A DNA stretch of 32,000 nt. Origin: Candidatus Midichloria mitochondrii IricVA. Lineage in GTDB: Bacteria > Pseudomonadota > Alphaproteobacteria > Rickettsiales > Midichloriaceae. How positions within the stretch are numbered: position 1 is the first letter of the stretch; each line of letters begins with the position of its first letter. The notes below the pieces were generated by a model. It had not been told where the DNA came from and did not search any database. It was given only the letters and a program-made list of their open reading frames with translations. Shown piece after piece: positions 29,695-32,000 of the stretch. The translations under genes were made by a program, and so were the position numbers. The stretch spans positions 750,001 through 782,000 of the forward strand of contig NC_015722.1 in NCBI RefSeq assembly GCF_000219355.1, read 5' to 3'.

Positions 29695-30069
29695 ATGCCA
29701 ACTATTAATCAATTGATATCTCATCCTAGAAGAGATAAATTATCGAGAAACAAAGTGCCGGCGCTACAGCAGTGTCCGCAGAAGAGGGGGGTGTGTCTAA
29801 GGGTTTACACAACGACTCCAAAAAAGCCTAACTCGGCTATGCGTAAGGTTTGTAGTGTAAGATTAACTAATGGTTATGAAGTTATCTCCTATATTCCAGG
29901 AGAAAAACATAATCTGCAAGAACACTCAGTAGTATTAATTAGAGGGGGGCGTGTAAAAGACTTACCAGGTGTTAGGTACCACACGGTGCGTGGTACTCTA
30001 GATACCCAAGGTGTCCAAAACCGTAAACAGGGTAGATCTAAATATGGCTCTAAGAGGCCTAAGCAGTAA
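29695..30069 (+). CDS. rpsL: 30S ribosomal protein S12
   Basis: MPTINQLI...[48 protein letters not shown]. 124 aa. Confidence 0.97.
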   Translation: MPTINQLISHPRRDKLSRNKVPALQQCPQKRGVCLRVYTTTPKKPNSAMRKVCSVRLTNGYEVISYIPGEKHNLQEHSVVLIRGGRVKDLPGVRYHTVRGTLDTQGVQNRKQGRSKYGSKRPKQ

Positions 30070-30082
30070 TAGAGGTTGAAAT

Positions 30083-30556
30083 ATGTCGCGTAGAAGAGCA
30101 GCAGAAAATAGGCAGCATTTACCTGATGCAAAATATGGGCATCTAGGGATTGCGAAGTTTATTAACAATGTTATGGTGGGTGGAAAAAAGTCAGTAGCAG
30201 AAAAGATAGTGTATGATGCACTGGAAAATGCTGCTAATAAATTAGGTGCAGACCCTGTAGAATTATTTGAAAAAGTTATAGCAAATGTTTCTCCCGTTCT
30301 TGAAGTTAGGTCTAGGCGTGTCGGCGGTGCTACTTACCAAGTTCCCGTAGAGGTACGTGCCGTTAGAGCTATGGCGCTTGCTGTACGATGGATCATTAAA
30401 GCGAGTAAAGCAAGAAAGGCAGAAAAATCAATGGCGCTTAGGTTATCTGCGTTGTTTGTCGACTCTTACAGCGGTAAGGGCGAAGCAGTGAAAAAGCGCG
30501 ACGATACTCATAAGATGGCAGAAGCCAATAAAGCATTTGCTCATTATAAATGGTAA
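30083..30556 (+). CDS. rpsG: 30S ribosomal protein S7
   Basis: MSRRRAAE...FINNVM.GGKKS.AEKIVY and [20 protein letters not shown]. 157 aa. Confidence 0.97.
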   Translation: MSRRRAAENRQHLPDAKYGHLGIAKFINNVMVGGKKSVAEKIVYDALENAANKLGADPVELFEKVIANVSPVLEVRSRRVGGATYQVPVEVRAVRAMALAVRWIIKASKARKAEKSMALRLSALFVDSYSGKGEAVKKRDDTHKMAEANKAFAHYKW

Positions 30557-30574
30557 TAGATAAGGTAACATCAT

Positions 30575-32000
30575 ATGAGTAGATTGGAGAACATACAAGA
30601 TTGTCGTAACATTGGAATAATGGCGCATATTGATGCAGGTAAGACAACCCTTACAGAAAGAATTTTGTTTTATGGAGGTAAGCTTCATAAGATAGGCGAG
30701 GTGCATGAGGGAACTGCTACTATGGATTGGATGAAGCAGGAGCAGGAGAGGGGCATTACCATCACTTCAGCTGCTACAACTCTGCAGTGGGCTGGTTCTG
30801 AAGTTAAAAAGACTAAGATTAACATAATAGATACCCCAGGGCACGTTGACTTTACTATTGAGGTGGAGCGATCTCTGAAAGTGCTTGATGGCGCTATTGC
30901 AGTATTTGACGGAGTGGCGGGGGTTGAGCCTCAAACTGAAACGGTATGGCGCCAAGCAGATAAGTATGGCGTGCCGCGTATGTGCTTTGTCAATAAGATG
31001 GATAGAATGGGTGCTGACTTTTACAGATGCCTAGATATGATCAAAGATAGATTGGGTGCTAACATTGCTGTGTTACAGTTGCCTATAGGCAGCCAAGATG
31101 ACTTTATCGGAGTAATTGATCTTGTTAAGATGCGCGCTATAATCTGGGAAGGTGATAAGCTTGGTGCAAAATATGAATATAAAGATATTCCTGCAAATAT
31201 GAAGAGAGAGGCAGATGAGTATCGTATAAAATTATTAGAAGCAGTTGCAGAATTTGATGATAAAATAATGGAGAAGTATCTCGAGGGTGAAGAGCTTTCT
31301 CCAGAAGAAATTAAAAAATGTATAAGAATAGGAACAGTTTCAGGTGGATTAGTTCCAGTGCTTTGTGGTAGCGCATTTAAGAATAAGGGTGTTCAGCCAT
31401 TATTAGATGCGGTTGTTGATTTCTTACCAAGTCCGATTGATGTTCCGCCAATCAAAGGAATTGATGCAGATACTGACGAGGAAATTGAAGTGAAATCAGA
31501 TGATAGCGGTAAATTTATAGCTCTTGCATTCAAAATCATGAATGATCCATTTGTTGGTTCCCTAACTTTTATCAGGATTTACTCTGGTACTTTAAAAAGT
31601 GGCGTTGGGGTAATGAATACTGTGAAAAATGATAAGGAAAGAATTGGTAGGATGCTTTTGATGCACGCTAATAACCGTGAAGATATAAAAGAGGCTTATG
31701 CCGGTGATATCATCGCCCTTGCTGGTCTAAAAAATACTACTACGGGCGATACCTTGTGCGAGCAGGATTGCAACGTGATTTTAGAGAAGATGGAGTTCCC
31801 CGAACCTGTAATTCAAGTGGCTGTTGAGCCTAAAACAACGGCTGATCAGGAAAAAATGTCTATCGCAATTGGCAGGCTTGTTGCGGAAGATCCATCCCTT
31901 CGGGTCAGTACTGATCCTGAAACTAACCAGACTGTATTAGCAGGTATGGGTGAGCTACATTTAGAGATCATTGTTGATCGTATGAAGCATGAATTTAAAG
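30575..32000 (+). CDS. fusA: translation elongation factor G, N-terminal ~475 codons (runs off the right edge)
   Basis: [46 protein letters not shown] and CFVNKMDR. The frame is open to the end of the window. It is not in the ORF track because no stop lies in the window. Confidence 0.97.
   Translation, partial: MSRLENIQDCRNIGIMAHIDAGKTTLTERILFYGGKLHKIGEVHEGTATMDWMKQEQERGITITSAATTLQWAGSEVKKTKINIIDTPGHVDFTIEVERSLKVLDGAIAVFDGVAGVEPQTETVWRQADKYGVPRMCFVNKMDRMGADFYRCLDMIKDRLGANIAVLQLPIGSQDDFIGVIDLVKMRAIIWEGDKLGAKYEYKDIPANMKREADEYRIKLLEAVAEFDDKIMEKYLEGEELSPEEIKKCIRIGTVSGGLVPVLCGSAFKNKGVQPLLDAVVDFLPSPIDVPPIKGIDADTDEEIEVKSDDSGKFIALAFKIMNDPFVGSLTFIRIYSGTLKSGVGVMNTVKNDKERIGRMLLMHANNREDIKEAYAGDIIALAGLKNTTTGDTLCEQDCNVILEKMEFPEPVIQVAVEPKTTADQEKMSIAIGRLVAEDPSLRVSTDPETNQTVLAGMGELHLEIIVDRMKHEFK

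Overview
AT-rich (about one-third G+C by eye) bacterial chromosome segment. Its gene content looks like an obligate-intracellular alphaproteobacterium (Rickettsiales-like). Intact housekeeping blocks (plsC; rsmI / lpoA-like / proS / tsaD / gltP-like / xerC / UPF0104-type membrane protein; coaD-rluC-hemH / small lipoprotein-glmU; rpsL-rpsG-fusA) alternate with four decay zones of insertion-sequence relics and pseudogenes. The decay zones hold four copies of one IS982-family element (three full length, one 5' fragment), two IS1-family relics, two TPR-repeat pseudogenes, an ankyrin fragment and a broken HK97/RcGTA-type major capsid gene. The most unusual locus is 1689-6649. It contains an enlarged TrbL/VirB6-family (type IV secretion) gene with a non-membrane N-terminal region of roughly 600 aa, written in two overlapping frames that meet at an A5 tract. 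This gene lies head-to-head with a heavily decayed, IS-truncated paralog that needs the same +1 change of frame at the homologous position. I saw no other T4SS genes, no rRNA or tRNA genes and no CRISPR array. All calls come from reading the translated ORFs and aligning repeats by eye; no database search or computation was possible.
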